From contig CDPCPM010000744.1 of assembly GCA_976551045.1 (NCBI GenBank), positions 12,462,001-12,526,000 on the forward strand: a stretch of 64,000 nt of DNA, in the 5' to 3' direction. Positions 1-11,944 of this stretch are shown here, one piece after another. Position 1 is the first letter of the stretch; each line of letters starts with the position of its first letter. The DNA comes from Glaucostegus cemiculus (lineage: Eukaryota). Position numbers and translations under genes: made by a program. Below the pieces are notes generated by a model that was not told where the DNA came from, ran no database searches, and saw nothing but the letters and a program-made list of their open reading frames with translations.

Positions 1-3000
1 GAATGGGAGATGGCGAGAGCACATTAGCTCCTGTCAATTCACAAATGAAGAAAGATATTCCCGATTCCAGACACAAATTGTATCACCTCTGATAATGTAT
101 TCATCCTCTTGACATGTTTATTTCTATGGTTCTTTAATTATCAGCCTAATCTACATCATTCCAATATCCCTTTTATCGTACAGATGTTCACCAATTTGTC
201 CAGTTATCATCCACAAACATTGAAGTTTTACGCTGCGTTACATCGACCACCTTTGTGCAAGGGTGCAAAGGTCGGAGCAGAAATATTCTGGGGTCATTAT
301 CTTCTCCTCATTTTAAGGTTGCCAATATTCTTTCATAAATAAGAAACTGGTTTTCTCGTAGCTCAGGTCTGCATTGCATTGCATGGAGAGATTTGTCCCA
401 GAAGTTCCTGCTGCGCCTATTGCTTCATGGTTATTTGAAATCTGAGGTTGACGGTGACCTGACCACAGCCTGCAATACACAGGCCGCTGTCTGCCAGCTG
501 ACACCGGGATATTCAGCTGCCTGGAGTCGCTTAGCTCAAGACTGGTTCAGAATACGACCTGTTCAGATGGGTGCCCAGGTTCGAAAAGAACTAAACAGGA
601 CGTCAGATGATCCATTCTAACATGAGACGTTCAGTGCAAGACGGGACACATGTCAAAAGTGTACTCGGGTATCAAAGAGCATCGGTCCTAAGACCACACC
701 TAGTCTGGAAAATAAAAATAATATTCCTTTAAATGTCCACATGTAAGCTTTGTTCTCTATCTCAATCTTTGTGATCGGATTGAAATGCAGACTCACAGGG
801 GTGCCCGCCTAACAATTCAATCCTCCAGTATGAGATTATGTCGGAATGAAAGCAATGGGGTTTCCTTGCCCATTCATTACCACGTGGTTTATTAACCGCC
901 GCAATGTGAATCATCGACCACCAAACAAAAATGGGTAAATTATAGCAACAAACACAGAGTATTTCGCTTGCTGAGTCTCTCTCGCTTTCTCTGCATTCAC
1001 TCTGTTGCTTTTGCTCAACAACCATTTTGCATGTTTTGTAAAGTGACGCTACAGTATGTGAACTCCAGGGAGTTATAATCCCATGATTACTCACTACTTC
1101 CCTTTCTAAATTTTTAGTTAACATCAGCTACTCTGCAACCTTTTGGAACTGTTCCATAGTCTGTGGAACATTGGGTAAAGAAGAGAAATGCATCTATTCT
1201 ACAGTTGTGACACTTTACTCTGTATTCTGTTGTAGTTTTTCTCTGTACTCTCTCAACGCACTGTGTAATTAATCGATCACTCCGAACAGTATGTGCGACA
1301 ACTGTTCGGTTGTGCGCGACAACTGATTGGGATTGGTTTATTATTCTCACTTCGACCTCGGTACAAGTGAGAATAATAAACCAATACCAATCAAGCCACT
1401 ACCTAAATGTTCTGAGGTGTAGCTTACCGGGCTCTGCCGATTTAACGGACTTTGATCTCATTAATTTCCTTCACACTTGTTCCTTACTGATTCCATTTAG
1501 TTCCTGCAAAATGGTTTCTCCAAGGTTTACAAAAATGCGAGAGGCGTAGATAGGTCAGATGGAGTCCTTTTTCGAGAGAAGAGTAGCCTAGAACTGGAGG
1601 CGCAGGTTTAAACTGCGCAGAAAGCAATTTAAGAGCGATCTGAGAAGCAAGTTAATGTCACAGAGAATGGTGGTTATATGGAAGTAGGTGCCAGGGCAGG
1701 AATTAAAAGCAGGTGCAATTGCAACGTTTAAAAGGCGTTGGGAAGGGTATTTGGACAGGAACGGCAGGGCCTAATGCGGGCAGATGGGAATAGTGTTGAT
1801 TGACGTCACGGTTGGTATGGGTGTGATGGTGTACTAATTCAATGTATTTCCACTGTGTAATGAATTGACCTGTGCGATCGGTATGCAAGACAAGTTTTTC
1901 ACTGTACCTCAGAACGTGACAATGATAAACCAATACCAATACCAACGTCAAACTAATCTCACTGTGGCAAACATGGATTATTGTAAAATGCCGTCCTGGT
2001 TATTCTCTTGGTTCAGGGACAGAAAGCTGTTTCATGAAACTGTCTGGATATTTGTGAGTCCAGCCCCAGCTCTTACCTGACTGCTTGGTCTGGGGTGCAA
2101 ACGGAGATGGGCAACAGTTGCCGCCAATACCTGATGCATCCACAAGGTGTGAATGAAGAAACAAACTGATGGGTTAGAAATTCATTAGGAGCGCTGGTGC
2201 AGAGTGGGGGAAAGGATGCATTTCTCCATGTCATGCACGATCCCTGAACCTCCCAGGGCCAATGTAATACACTTGAAGGGAGCTCATCTTGTAATGTGGG
2301 GAGCTTTGACTCACTGCGGGCTCCCAGACACAGCAAGCTGTATGGTGCAGTGCACTGTAGAGTGGGTGAACATTGGCAAGTTGTGGGAAATAGTGAAGTG
2401 TAAATGTGAGAAATAGAGATTACAAGGATACACGGCAAATGGGAGAATCGGAGAAATAAATGACGGGGTGGGGAGTTATAAACACACTGGCAATGCTTGG
2501 TATTTGAGATACTTGAATATGATGTCACTTGTTGCATGTTATGGAAAATTTGACTCGAGATCCCGATGCATCCCCGTGTCAGCCACAATTTGAAGCACAC
2601 CTTGATAACTGAATCCTGGGTCACCAGATTGAGGGGCAGTTTGGCACTGAATTATTCCTCATTGCAGTTATCAAAACAAGTCAAGGTGTAAGCAAGATTT
2701 CTGACCGGATCACAAGTACTTCAAACAAGAGATTACAAATATTGGGGAACACCGATCCAAGCAAATTGTTACGTTCGGCGAAACAGATGTGCAAACCTCT
2801 TAGAAGCAAGCAAGACAAACTTTTCTGGCTGAAAACAGTTTTTCAAAGCAAAATTATGTTGGGACCTAGGTCCATAGAATTTCACTTCCGGTTGAATTCA
2901 GAAAAGTATTTCAGTCTTCAATGAGGCAGCTGCGTCTTCAAATCCACCAACTTCCGTTCGGTGAAACGGTCTTTCCCGAATCGTATCTCCTATTGACACT

Positions 3001-3289
3001 CTGGACAGAGTTCAATCCTCCAAGAATGGTTTCATTTTAAGCATTCGATTAAAACCCCTTTCGGTGGATTTCTGTATGAATTGAATCTGTTGGTCCTTAC
3101 TTCTGGGCTTGGAGATGGGGAGAGGGGAACAGAGTATAAAGTACTCAGAGAACAGCCATAAGTAATTAAGAAATAGAGGTGTGTTGGTGCAGTGTCTGTT
3201 GATCACCATATGAGGACAACTGCGACCGAACGACGATTTTAAAATTGGAGAACGTGAACACTGAGTGAAGCGGAGCAGTGAAGCTAATT

Positions 3290-4260
3290 GACACCCCATA
3301 CAATCCCGACTGCCTGGTCAGATTTTGCTCTAACTCCATCTACAAGCTTGTAGATGACACCACCGTGGCGGGCCGAACCTCAAGTAGCTATGAGTCAGAA
3401 TACAGGAAGGAGATAGAGAGCTCAGTGACATGGCGTCATGACAACAATCTTTCCGTCAATGTCAGCAACGGAAGTGCTGGTCATTGAATTCAGGAGTCGG
3501 CAGTGCACACGTACCTGTCTACATCAAGGCTGTTGAGATTGAGATGGTTGAGAGCTTTATGTGCATTGGAGGGAACATCACCAGTAACCTATCCTGGTAC
3601 ATCCACGCTGTCGCCCCGGACAAGAAAGCTCACCAGCGCCACTATTTCCTTAGGAGGCAAAAATAAAATCGGTATGTCCCCTTTGACCGTCACTAACCTT
3701 TTACAGATGCGCAATGGAGATCATCCTGCCAAAACACATCAAGGATTGGTATGGCAACTGCTCTGCACAAGATCGCAAGAAACGGCAGAGCTTTTTTTTA
3801 ATTTTAAATTTTATTTACAGCGTAGTAACAGGCCATTTCGGCCCAACGAGTCCGCGCCGCCCATTTTAAACCCCCGAATTAACCTACCCGTACATCTTTT
3901 CGAATGTGGAAGGAAAGCGGAGCACCCGGAGGAAACCCACGCAGACACGGGAGAACGTACAAACTCCTTACAGTCAGCGACGGGAATCGAACCCCGATCG
4001 CTGACGCTGTAGCAGCATCGCGCTAACCGCTACGCTATCGTGCCACATTTTAGCACTTCACGGAAACTAGCCTCCCATCAATGACTCTGTCTGCACATCT
4101 AGTTGCCTCGGCAAAGCAGCCAAAATAATCAAGGACCCCCATACCCCGGATATTCTCACTTCTCCCCTTCCCATCGGACAGAAGATACAAACCCGAAGGC
4201 ATGCACCTTGGGGCTCAAATATAGCTTCAATCCCGCTGCAATAAGTCTTATCAACGGTCT
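3290..4260 (+). mobile_element. Rex/Babar-type LINE RT 3' fragment (degenerate)
   Basis: Translation SNSIYKLVDDTTVAGRTSSSYESEYRKEIESSVTWRHDNNLSVNVS ... KKAHQRHYFLRR resembles the FADDTTVVG/KAQQRLYFLR region of Rex/Babar RT. Confidence 0.8.
3793..4045 (-). mobile_element. tRNA-derived V-SINE (HE1-like) inserted in the Rex fragment
   Basis: Minus strand: box A TAGCGTAGCGG, box B GGTTCGATTCC, V-domain GGAGTTTGTACGTTCTCCCGTGTCTGCGTGGGTTTCCTCCGGGTGCTCCG, A-rich tail. Absent from duplicate copy B. Confidence 0.88.
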
Positions 4261-4429
4261 ATAATTCTCTAAACGTTTGAAGCAATTCTACCCAATTTTC
4301 ATTGAATTTAGCTGCTGACAAGATACAACTGATCTCCATGCTGTGAAGAACGTGAGGAGCCGATTTTCGTGCATGAACTAGGAATTCTTCATGGAAAAAA
4401 ACAGATTATAAATGGCTACTCACTGATAA

Positions 4430-4710
4430 GATAAGATCTTTATTAGTCACATGTATATAGAAACACACAGTGAAGTACATCTTTTGCGTAGTGATTTTGG
4501 GAGGAAGCCCGCAAGTGTCGCCACGCTTCCGGCGCCAACAGAACACGCCCACATCTTCCTAACCCGTACATCTTTGGAAAGTGGAAGGAAACCGGAGCAC
4601 CCGGAGGAAACCCACACAGATACGGGGAGAACGTACAAACTCCTTACAGACAGTGGCCGGATTTGAACCTAGGTCGCTGACACTGTAAAGCGTTTTGCTA
4701 CCTTGCCGTC
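4430..4710 (-). mobile_element. V-SINE
   Basis: V-domain GGAAACCGGAGCACCCGGAGGAAACCCACACAGA on + strand, box B-like GGTTCAAATCC on minus, GATAA-repeat tail. Confidence 0.82.
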
Positions 4711-4819
4711 CCACTGTGGTCGTACATTGACAATGGTCACTTTGTTTCAATCAGTCAGCTTTCGGTACAATTCCTTTCACCTAACCTGCGATGCGCACAA
4801 GGAGAACAGCTTCATGCCC

Positions 4820-5050
4820 ACAATCATTCTGGAAAATTGGCTCAAAACTCGAGGGCACAGGTTTCAAGTGAGGGGGAAAGATTTTAAAAAGGGATATGAT
4901 TGGCAAATTCCTCACACAGAAGGTGGTGCGTAAATGGAACTAGATGCCAGAGGAAGTGGTAGGAGCTGGACAATTACAACATCTAAAAGACATTTGCACA
5001 GGCACCTGGAAAGAAAAGATTTAAAGGGGTACGGGCCAGCAACGACAAAA
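4820..5050 (+). mobile_element. CR1 LINE 3' fragment
   Basis: KTRGHRFQVRG motif and downstream CACACAGAAGGTGGTG...TGGAAC typical of the CR1 ORF2 end. Confidence 0.7.
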
Positions 5051-5066
5051 ATGCAGTAGGTGGACA

Positions 5067-5720
5067 CTAACCCATCCTGACGGCCGTCATCTCGGTTGCC
5101 GTCCGCGTCAGGGCATCTTCGGTATGGTGCAGTGCCACTGCTCTTTCGTTGGCCAGCGTCTCGAGCATGCTGGTCATGCGGATGACCACACGGGACAATC
5201 GGGCCGTGCCAGACATGGGAAAGGCAATCATCGGGTTGGTCCCGTTCAAAGTACAGTGAGCCCCGAGCTTGACGGTGCCTTCAGCAGTCGTCACTGAGGC
5301 ACCTGGACACCTGTTTTACTTGCAGTTGCTGTGGCCAACTAAAAGGGTGCAAACGTGCTCTTTAGGACCTTGCACCAGCATTCTTTAGGCTTGCTCAAGG
5401 GCTGTGGAATGACGCTGAGTGTCGGGACTCGGGTGGAGGTCAAATTGTACAACGAGAAAGAGCAGTTCCTGAAACATTCACTCCAGCGGGGATCGCTGGA
5501 AGGAATGTTATACACTGGTGAGTGGAGTGGTGGGGAACTGCCACACGCTCCTTTCGCCCATATAGATATACCAAACTCAACAGGTTCAAGAAGTCTAGCA
5601 GATAGTTCATTTGGAAGTCATCCAGCGGAATCGGTGTAAGTGGCAGAGCTTCACTGGCGTGTGCTGGGGTTCGAACGCAAATCCAGTCGTCTGCTTTAAT
5701 TAGTGGTGTTGGCATATTCA
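5067..5720 (-). pseudogene. env: ERV env remnant (SU fragment plus start of TM)
   Basis: AFPMSGTARLSRVVIRMTSMLETLANERAVALHHTEDALTRTATEMTAVRMG reads as a fusion-peptide/heptad-repeat segment; lies downstream of pol. Confidence 0.6.
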
Positions 5721-5974
5721 TACGCGACTCTGCACCCTTGGATATTCTACCACAGACTCTCTTCGGCGACCGTCTCACTGGCCTAGACCTGCAATTCAAA
5801 AGGGACACCCACCTGGCGGGTAGCAAGTGGCAGTACTTGTTCCACAGCTTACTTTGCTGTTTCGACTGCAGTCTGTTCTTCGGGTCCATAAGAATATGTC
5901 TTCCTTACGGGAGATTAATCCGTGGCAGATTGTGGGGTTATGAAATTCTGAATCCACCCCTGCATGCCAAGGCT

Positions 5975-6600
5975 CGTCCGGGCTCTTCCACTTGGGTGAC
6001 TATTTTGGGCACGGCGGCAGCGAGGGTGAGGGGGGACTCATTGAGGTGTCTGCAGTCCATCGTCATGCACCACATCCCATTCTTTTTTCGGACGGGCCAA
6101 ACGGGACTGTTGAAGGAAGAGACTGTGGGTCTAATGATGCCCTCTTACAGTAGGGCTTGGACGGTCTCAGTGATATCTCCGTGCCCACCCCCCGGCACTC
6201 TGTAATGTAGGAAAAAGACGGCCTTGGAGGGAAGGTTACAAGAACGGGCTCCTCTTTGGCTGCCCCAACCACGACTGTAGGCCGCGCGACCCCGAACGTA
6301 AACTTGCCCTGGTTAGTATGAAGGGACTGACTCTGTAAGACATTGATCGTTAGGATACACTCAGGCGAGACTGCTATTAAAACCGTTACAGGTCGAAGAG
6401 GTTGGTTCCCGATGGCCAAGCGGACTGTGACCTCCTTAGCTGCAAAAGGGAACCCCCAACCCCTCTATCTACGTCTGTGCTGCCATCCACGCGGCGGTGT
6501 TACCCTGGATGATGGTGAGTTGGACACCCGTGTCGATGAGTGTCATTCACCTCTGTATGTCCCCCCTTTCACAATATACAGCGACGGGCATATGTGGCCT
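5975..6600 (-). pseudogene. pol: ERV protease and N-terminal reverse transcriptase (rest of pol deleted)
   Basis: DTG aspartic protease motif, SPECIL, and FNSPVWPVRK RT motif; stops and frameshifts present. Confidence 0.85.
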
Positions 6601-8270
6601 CAGGTCTCCGGGGAAGGAGAAAGCTGTGGAACAAATGCGCCGGGATTCCTGGCTTTCATCCTGTGAGGGAGGGGGTTCTGCCACCCCGCGGGTGAAGGTT
6701 CCTTCTGGCGGAGATGGGCTATTTCCTCTCAACAGGTCCCGACGCTCAGCCTTGAGGGCAGGAGAGACTGTCCCGAGTTAGGGAGTGACAAAGGCAGTGT
6801 CAGCGGGAGCAGACCGCGTGGTCAGAAGGTTGGGAGCGCCCCCTGTATTGGGCTTGATGCCATGGTAGTTGTGGGTTTTCCCCTGGCCAGCTGTCCCCCC
6901 GAACAGCTATCTCCAGAGCGCATAAATGGTGGAGGTTGGGATCCCATCTATGCCGGCGCAGTTCATCCTTGCGCGCAGCAGGTCCAGGAATAGCCGTTTG
7001 CGTGGTAAACGAGGGTTTGTGTCTCCAGCCCTCGTCTTTGCCCTACGGACCTGGGTAGACTTCCCCCGCTGCAAGAAATCTAGCCCTTCCAGGAGAATGA
7101 TGGCATAACCCACAGTCTTCCCATTAGCCGGTCCCATGAGGTGCATCACCATTGGCCTCAAATCGGGGTGAACAGTGGTGACCGGGTATCTCTTTCCAGC
7201 GCTGGTCATCCTGGTGTTTTCTAACACCTCGCGATCGCCGGGCCTCTCAGAGATGTCAGTCACCAGCGCCCATTCCCTGACGACCCTGGTGCCCTCAGTG
7301 AACGTGATCCACTGGGGTCGCCCGTAGAAGTCACATTCGAGGAGAGTAGGGTACCAGAACCTCAGTACGCTCACTACCCAATCCCACAGGGTAGTGTCGT
7401 TCCCAATCCCTCCGGTGGCATCCGCATTGTTAGTGCTCTGTTGGTCAGACTAGCTCCCTCGTGCGCGCTCTTCCTTGTGAGAGAGGCTAACGTTTGCCAT
7501 GTCGGAACAGCCATGTGGCCAGTTGTTCGTCCGACAGCTTGTGGTGCTGCTTCGCCAGCTGGATTAGATCCTTGACTAAGAAATCCCGGGTCTCCGTTGT
7601 CTCGGAGGGACCACGGATACTTCTCCCTGCGGAGGCCTCATCCTGACTCCTATCCCCTCCGTTGCGGACCTGTGACAGCATGGTTACAGGTCGACCATGC
7701 AGTTTCGGGAACGTAGGGATGAGGGCGGGAGTGATGGGGCCCAGGCTTTTTGGGCACACCCTCTTCGCCAGTAGCCATCCATATATCGCCACCCCCAGTC
7801 ATACGTCTATATTGTCGTCAAACCAGACCAGGGCTCGGATTTTTTAATAGGTCTGGCTGCCAGCCAGACAGGCCGGCTGCCTGTGCCTGCTATAGCTGAA
7901 TCAGCCTGCAGGTGACCACTGTGCCTCTGGCCTAGAGGTCATGAGCTTGGGTCTAGACAGCCTGGACTGCCTCTGTAGCTTGCGGTACCGCAGCTGGAGC
8001 TCCATCTTATCTTTCTGGAGACATGCATTCTCTGCCTGGCTAGTAATTCTGAGCTGGCGTCTCAGGAGGGACACGAACAGCCAAAAGGCACCCCTTTTGA
8101 CTCCTTTTGGCGCTACGGAACTCCGATTTCTGGAGGAGGTCAACCACGTTGTGCCCCAGTTTCTTTCCACGGTGGTCTAACTGCTCAGCCCAGTCCACTG
8201 ATTTACGTAGTCTGCCAGAATACTGGCCAGGCTCCCAAATCCCGTAATCTCATTTCACCAGGGGATCCTA
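6600..8270 (-). pseudogene. gag: ERV gag (ERV-L/Fv1-related type), frameshifted
   Basis: ORF pieces 7901-8170, 7487-7792 and 6907-7374 carry motifs resembling class III gag (LAxWLxR; IDGxPT). Confidence 0.75.
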
Positions 8271-8353
8271 TCCTCATTGCCTGCACTGGCTTTCTTTCCC
8301 TGTTCCAAAACATCTTTCTCTGCGTCTGTGTCCAGCCAAGACTTTCAAGACAT

Positions 8354-8367
8354 TGCTCACAGCGCCA
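8354..8367 (-). promoter_or_regulatory. Retroviral primer-binding site, tRNA-Ser(CGA)-type
   Basis: + strand TGCTCACAGCGCCA matches the 3' end (…TGCTCACAGCG-CCA) of vertebrate tRNA-Ser(CGA) as recalled; lies 5 nt from the LTR terminal CA (8374-8373). Confidence 0.8.
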
Positions 8368-8372
8368 AATAT

Positions 8373-8496
8373 TGTAAGACAAGTTCGTAAGGTCATAAAA
8401 GGCATGGACTCAGAACACAACCTTTGGAGTTACATGAATTATTTATAAAAGACAAATGCGGCACAGGATAACGGGGGCAATGCACACACCCTCACC

Positions 8497-8564
<68 letters not shown>

Positions 8565-8880
8565 AACAGACTGGGTGCAAACATATCAAGGAAGAAACAA
8601 TACGACACCTGCCATCCTCCTTTACTCAGTGCAATCATCGGCTCGATGTTAGAGGGTAAAGCTAACAAACTACTCTTAAGCAGTACACAACTGACTTCAG
8701 CGCCCGTGTGAGAAAACAGAGAGGGGGAACCATGCACTTGCGGCACTCTTCAAAGTGCTGCAGGGCTGGGGGTTTCAAAAGGGCCAGGGCCCGGTGCCAG
8801 CAAGGGCACAGATGCCTTAAACGACCAATGGTTCAAGTGTGCGATTGATGGGTGGGATGGAGCCAAACTTCGATTAAAAG
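8373..8880 (-). mobile_element. ERV 5' LTR (U3 end apparently truncated), containing a (CA)n tract
   Basis: Ends …TCTTACA just before the PBS; the far end abuts GPCR exon-1 homology with no TGTAA terminus. Confidence 0.65.
8505..8560. repeat. (CA)n microsatellite
   Basis: Direct reading. Confidence 0.98.
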
Positions 8881-9410
8881 TGGGGTTTGAGCAGGAAACT
8901 CAGGGACAGCTTTAGTTTTTCGGTAAAAGTCGATGATGTGATATTGGGTCAGGTAAAGAGAGACAATTTTCTTACCGACAAATAGGGAGAATTCACTTCA
9001 TTTATCGCCAAGAAAATGCAATCACCCAGAAAATGGAGTCGCATGGTAACAGGATTAATTATGATCACTGAACAAACAGATCAGGACCAGCCTTCTATAT
9101 ATAACCACAGAATGGTGGGATATTCATTCAGATCATTATTTTCGCAACATAACGTATCTCCAACTCATTTGGATAGCATCGAGGCTTTTAATCCAGAGAA
9201 TTTCTACAGTTTCTGTACAACCAGTGTGTTTCCAGCAGATCTTTTTTTTTTTTCAGATTTGCATCAGCTCAGCATTTTCCGTTTGCCTCCCAGTTTTACC
9301 AACCAGTGTGTGACTATTTAATTTCGATTATTTCATTCTAATTGAAGACACTAATTCGACGTCGATTTTGATTTCTGACGTCGTTCCGAGTTCATGGAGA
9401 AGATATTGAA
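8880..9410 (-). pseudogene. Orphan promoter and 5' half of exon 1 of a GPR139-like GPCR paralog
   Basis: Collinear with 25775-26295 (e.g. TTGAGCAGGAAACTCAGGGACAGCTTT vs TTGAGTAGGAAACTCAGAGCCAACTTT; TTTCAGATTTGCATCAGCTCAGCATTTTC vs TTTCAGATTTGCATCTGCTCAGCATTTTC). Encodes LSLSFLLK vs LALSFLLK, then breaks into the ERV LTR. Confidence 0.85.
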
Positions 9411-11519
9411 GAGGGCAAGAAGTTGTAAGCTTGGCTGGTTAATTAACCATTGCTTAAGATATTGGGATCTCTACGGTGTTACACTGCAATTAGGCTGATT
9501 TGTTTGATACACCAGATCTCACATTCAATAAGACACATCAGATTGTTACTGCGATTAAAACAACTAAAAATATGAGGGAATTAAGTTCTTTTCATTTGTG
9601 CATCTGGTATCATGGTTCAAGCCGCTTGGATCAGGTGGTAAGAAAATATGGTGACACGGTGATCATTGTCAGACCAACCATTCAGTACGGGAGATTGCTT
9701 CAATATAACAAATTGAAACACAGAGCGAGAGTCTGAAAAGTCCCACGAAACACAAAGGAGTCATGAGTTGCATTGCTTATCAATAGCTGCAGGCTTGAAT
9801 TTGGATCATGCTGTAGGTTCCAGCCCGTCTCAACGCACTTCAGCAAGTGGACAGTCTCGACGCATGCAGCTATCTGCATTCACACAACAGCTTTGACAAG
9901 TGATGAGAATCAGGTTCACGCTGCATTACCTGACAGTGTGATGTGGGCACTGGGAAACATCCCGCATTCATCAGCTCCTGTCAAAAAGAATAAAATATAT
10001 AGCTAACATTACAAACATGTTTAATAATTTATTTTACATAGTTTAAAGAATGATCTTGCACTACAAGTAAATTCTAACCATTGAAGTAACTTCAATAAAC
10101 CAGACAAACACTTACGTTTCCCCCACTCCTGAGACGCGGAGCCATCCCAGCTCCTGATAATTGTTTTTTGTTATATGTAATTGATGTGGAACCAATGTGC
10201 AAAGACGAAGTTGTCAAACAAGGGCTTAAAATGAGTGGGAATTGTCGATTAGGGAAAGGATGACGGACACGAGAAGCCCACAGACCCGAAACATCAGATC
10301 GTTCCAATCTTCCCGAGCAACAACACAATGGTTTTCTGGGAACCTTCCGGACGACGCAATTTGAACAGCTACCTATTGGTTACTGAGAAAGAATGTCCCC
10401 TAGTTCTGGGGTGAAATGCAGAGAGCTAATGATCATCGTACGAAGGCCCGAAGCAAATCACTTATTGCCATCGTGAACTCAAAAGCACTGAACCTTTCCT
10501 TTGGAGTCTCTAATTGTGATATTGGATTTGTTTGCTCTCATGTTGTCCGGGTCATGGGTAACCTACAGTATTTGCTGCTCACTTGTTGACATCAAAAACA
10601 AAAAGAACTACACACAGGAAACACAGAAACTAAAGATGCTGGAATCTGGCACAAAATCACCAAGTGCTGGAGGAAGGCGTGCCAGGCGGTATGTGTGGAG
10701 AGAAATAGACATTCTATGTTTGGGTCCAGGTTCTTCACCTGAACTGAAATATAGAGCGGGGAGAGCAAGGGTCATGTGGTGATGTGAAGGGCCGGGTCAG
10801 AAACTGGAAGTGGAAAGGTGGACCCCGGTAATTAGGAGCTGGAGGAGGGAAGCCTGGAAATAACAACAAAGGCTGGGAACTGACAGATGGAGACAACGAA
10901 GTCTGCAGATAATAGAATCTGATGGGAAGGGAAGACGAAACATTGTACCAAATAAGGGAGGTGGGGAGGCCAGATGAGAACGGGGTGGATCGAATTGACC
11001 AGTGGGAGGAGTGTGTGGCTGATGGACAGATGGAGTGAGTGGAGGAGGGGAAAGCATGTAAGTGATCATAGCTGGGAGCAGTGTGTAGGAGGAACTGCGA
11101 AGAAGGAAGTAATCTCTTCCACATAACATCATCCAGACCACAACGATTTGTCGAGATTCTCCCTCATTATTGAACCTCAAACTGAACATCACACTTCAGA
11201 ACAAAACGACCCGAGATGTGCACCCTCGTGCTCGCATATAAACTGCTCAGAGTGAATTCAGAAGGTGAAATCTTCATACGACAAATTGTTGACAAATTGT
11301 CCCAGTAAAGATGAAGGAGTAATGTGCTTGCTGCTCGATAATATGCTTCCATATTATCGAGCAGCAAGCACATTCATTTACATGAATGTAAATATTACAT
11401 ATTATGAATGTAATATTTACTTTCATAAAATGTAAAAATAAATTTTATGTGTGTATTCAAACTGGTTGGTCCATCTATGAAGCCCAGGTCACAAGGAATA
11501 TCCTCAGTGGCTCTATTAG

Positions 11520-11875
11520 GCTGGTGCGGTGGCGCAGCTGGTGCAACCGCTGCAACATAGCGCCCGAGACCCGGGTTCAACCCTGACCTCCGGTGCTATC
11601 TGTGTGGAGTTTGCATTTTCTACCTGAGACTGAGTGTGTTTCCTTCCAGTGCTCCGGTTTCCTTCCACATCCCAATGCCATGCGGGTCGGTTGTTAAAAT
11701 GACCTCAGTGAATGATGAGTGCGAAGATCTGAAGGGATGTTTTGAGAATGTTTGGGAGGGGGGAGAAGAGATGGGATAGAGATGTAGGATCCGTGTAAAT
11801 GGGTGGATGGTGTCGGCAAAGACTTGGTGGGATGAAGGGCCTGTTTCCCTACTGCAAGACTCTCTGATTCTATCA
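11520..11875 (+). mobile_element. V-SINE (HE1-like)
   Basis: Box A GGTGGCGCAGCTGG, box B GGTTCAACCC, V-domain TGTGTGGAGTTTGCATTTTCT…GCTCCGGTTTCCTTCCACA, CR1-like tail. Confidence 0.85.
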
Positions 11876-11944
11876 GCAAGAGAAATCGTCACCTGCAAAT
11901 GAAGTGTGGGGCCTGGGTGATTATTCACTCTGCTGTCCCATTCT

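Larger units (their letters stand above)
1..4265 (+). repeat. Segmental duplication, copy A (paralogous to ~28020-32690)
   Basis: Collinear blocks, e.g. 8-21 GATGGCGAGAGCAC ~28031; 878-895 TACCACGTGGTTTATTAA = 29408-29425; 2130-2160 ~30843-30875; 2753-2820 ~31445-31510; 3135-3150 TATAAAGTACTCAGAG = 31799-31814; shared Rex fragment at the end. Confidence 0.92.
5067..8880 (-). mobile_element. Defective endogenous retrovirus, class III (ERV-L/ERV-S-like): partial 5' LTR, PBS, gag, pro, truncated RT, env remnant; no 3' LTR
   Basis: Gag-like LAKQHHKLSDEQLATWLFR and LFLDLLRARMNCAGIDGIPTSTIYALW; protease LIDTGVQLTII (DTG 6526-6534); RT start EGIIRPTVSSFNSPVWPVRKKNGMWCMTMDCRHLN (~6040-6145); env-TM-like helix at 5067-5240; PBS next to LTR end. 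Confidence 0.88.

Noticed and set aside
109-342. ORF apparently conserved with 28208-28417, with an acceptor-like site at ~183
   Set aside because: The minus strand reads KTSMFADD/KTSMFVDD, i.e. an ancient CR1 RT relic carried in the duplication; the splice-like sites are not shared between copies.
2073-2624. 183-aa minus ORF ending at CAG|GTAAG, partly mirrored at 30775-31238
   Set aside because: Frame and donor are not preserved in copy B and no recognisable domain; treated as non-coding duplicated sequence.
3960-4045. tRNA-like box A/B sequences here and at ~11525-11585
   Set aside because: SINE heads rather than tRNA genes; no full cloverleaf and followed by the V-domain.
9500-9600. DLTFNKTHQIVTAIKT, reminiscent of Gypsy gag
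   Set aside because: Too short and degenerate to support a call.
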